NCBI GenBank assembly: GCA_973895155.1
Contig: OZ316892.1
Span: 18,032,357 to 18,096,356 of the forward strand
Source of the DNA: Marsupella aquatica
Lineage: Eukaryota; Plantae; Marchantiophyta
DNA length: 64,000 nt
Reading direction: 5' to 3'
Shown here: one piece after another, positions 62,175 through 64,000 of the stretch
How the letters are laid out: each line of letters begins with the position of its first letter
How positions within the stretch are numbered: position 1 is the stretch's first letter
The notes under the pieces: model-generated
Told to the model about the DNA's origin: nothing
Database searches by the model: none
The model's input: only the letters and a program-made list of their open reading frames with translations
Program-made: the position numbers and the translations under genes

Positions 62175-64000
62175 TGTTAGGATTTACTCTTAGGTCTAGA
62201 GTTACGACTGTACCGTAGTTAAGGCTAACCTTAGTTGTAGACTTGGTTAGGTTAGTCATGTTGTGCACACTCTATAACCAAGCGGTGTTTGCTTGGTGAG
62301 GGGGAACTCAGGCTCATTGTTACGGAGCTAGTTGAGAGATTGAGAGAGCTTGCGTTGTGGATGCTTGGTATGGTCGGTCGTCCTAGAGTGCAGTAAAGCT
62401 CATGTGTGTTCCCGTGGATGTAGCCTCATGTGGAGGTGAATCACGTATCTCTCTGTGTCGACTCTTGTGCGTTGGAAGGTTCATGGGCTTGCCGTTCTGA
62501 TTGTCGTCTATGCTCAACAATTGGTATCAGAGCATGCCTGGGAGGTGACAAGGTTTTTTCGTGACGGTTTTCTAGCGTTCATTGTTGGTGTTGCATTCGG
62601 GGTTTCATCGCATGAAACTCAAATATGTGTGGCTGAGCGAATAGGTTAGTGAGAGGGCTTTCTAACGGTGGTTAGAACTCGTTGATCGGTATCCATGGTG
62701 CGGAGGAATTGAAGTTTGCATCGTTCAGGGTTTTTTTTTATGTTCGACGGGATTTCGGGGGAGAGACCAGAGATTTCTTTTTCAACGGTGTGAGTTGTGC
62801 GGTGCGGGAGGCATTGCATGTTATAGCTCAAGTTGAAGGTTGAAGCGAGCTGGTCGTTTTGGTACCTGGTTTGCTGGCGTTTGTGGATCGAGTGCGTCGT
62901 GACGAGTGAAAGTTGAGTTCTGGTTTTTTGACAAGCTATGGTGCTTGTTTTTCCCTGAACCGGATTACTCGTTGTGACGCTTGACTCGGAGGAAGAAACG
63001 CGAAGTGCTGAGACTCAACGGAGAGATCGTGGTGAGGCGATCATTTTGAGTCCAGGATTGGCCCTTGACGTGGAGAGAGTAAGACACGGCGGAGGTTTTC
63101 TCTTCTCTGGTGGAGCTGCAGACGTGCCGGTGCAATTCGGCAACATTTCATGTCGGCGGTCATCTCTTTTCTCATTGGAAACCGAAGCGGAGGTAGCTGA
63201 GGTTTGTAACATGGCATTTGTGTCATTTTTTGGCACATTTTAAGGTTAGTTTAGGGCATTTTTTTGCCCCATACGGCCTGTATACCTTCAATTCCCGACA
63301 AACCTACTTTGCCATATGCCCCGGCGCGCGCCTCGGCCTCCCACACCCCTTTAAGCGCGAAAATCTGCTTTTTCTGGTGAAAATACGACCCAAAACGCCC
63401 TTATATGACCCAAATATGCAAAAATATGCGCGTTTTAACCCCTTTAAACCCATTTTTCATGTTTTTTTGTTGTTTATACGCGATTCTCATCGTGAATATG
63501 CGCGCATGGCCGCGAATACGTGCGCCTTTTCCAGGGGCTTTAAGACCCCTTTAAAGTGATTTTTTCTGATTTTTTTATCTCCTCCTCCTCATTGGTTGTG
63601 CCGCATCCCGGGCCCTGTGACCCTCCATTTTAACCTCTTAGACAGGGGGAACAGCCCCCTATGAGACCTGTCGGACTGTGCGGGAATATTCCCGAAAAAC
63701 ATAGAGCTATTTTTTGGCCGTCCGACAAAGATTCCATCCGCCGAACGGTAACTTTTTTGGTGTTTTTTTGGCGAGGTCGTAGCCATTGAAGTTGGCAACG
63801 AGGCGCACCGATCACATCGCGATTCGGACAACGGGTTGTACTTGGTGTTTCGGTTATTCCCTGAGGTGATCAAAACGGGGGAGTTTCCCAAGGTTTTACC
63901 CACCCCGACCAAAATTTGAATAACTTTTTCATCAAATTTTGATTTCGATTTTGGTTTTCAGTATTGGACTCCTAGCTTCGTGGGCTACGCGGCGGTGTTG
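62175..64000 (+). mobile_element. Ty1/Copia 5' LTR (62175-62519), tRNA-iMet PBS (62522-62533) and long leader running off the window
   Basis: TGTTAG...TCAACA is followed by TGGTATCAGAGC. The leader is homologous to that of the minus-strand Copia at 21800-22760 (shared ...QRR(D/E)RGEAIILSPG... segment). Confidence 0.85.

Overview
This is eukaryotic plant nuclear DNA, probably from a seed-free land plant; the lineage is inferred from gene and TE types, not proven. It holds three intron-containing host genes: a triple RanBP2-type zinc-finger gene (3766-5420), a three-domain prosaposin-like gene (24427-26912) and a trihelix/Myb-SANT transcription factor (about 31808-35264). They sit among nested, mostly decayed transposons (Bianca- and Tork-like Copia, old Gypsy, L1 and RLE-type LINE fragments, a possible CACTA remnant). 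The outstanding feature is a fairly young Ty3/Gypsy retrotransposon at 47416-56023. Its pol frame reads protease - DNMT3-like C5 cytosine methyltransferase (catalytic motifs intact) - RT - RNase H - integrase - PHD finger. It has a self-complementary, Tf1-like primer-binding site instead of a tRNA PBS. Its LTRs are arranged as split, circularly permuted repeats (A1 ... B1-A2-B2), the structure expected if a 2-LTR circle was integrated through a palindromic GACAGCTGTC site inside the LTR. All alignments were done by eye; no database searches were run.
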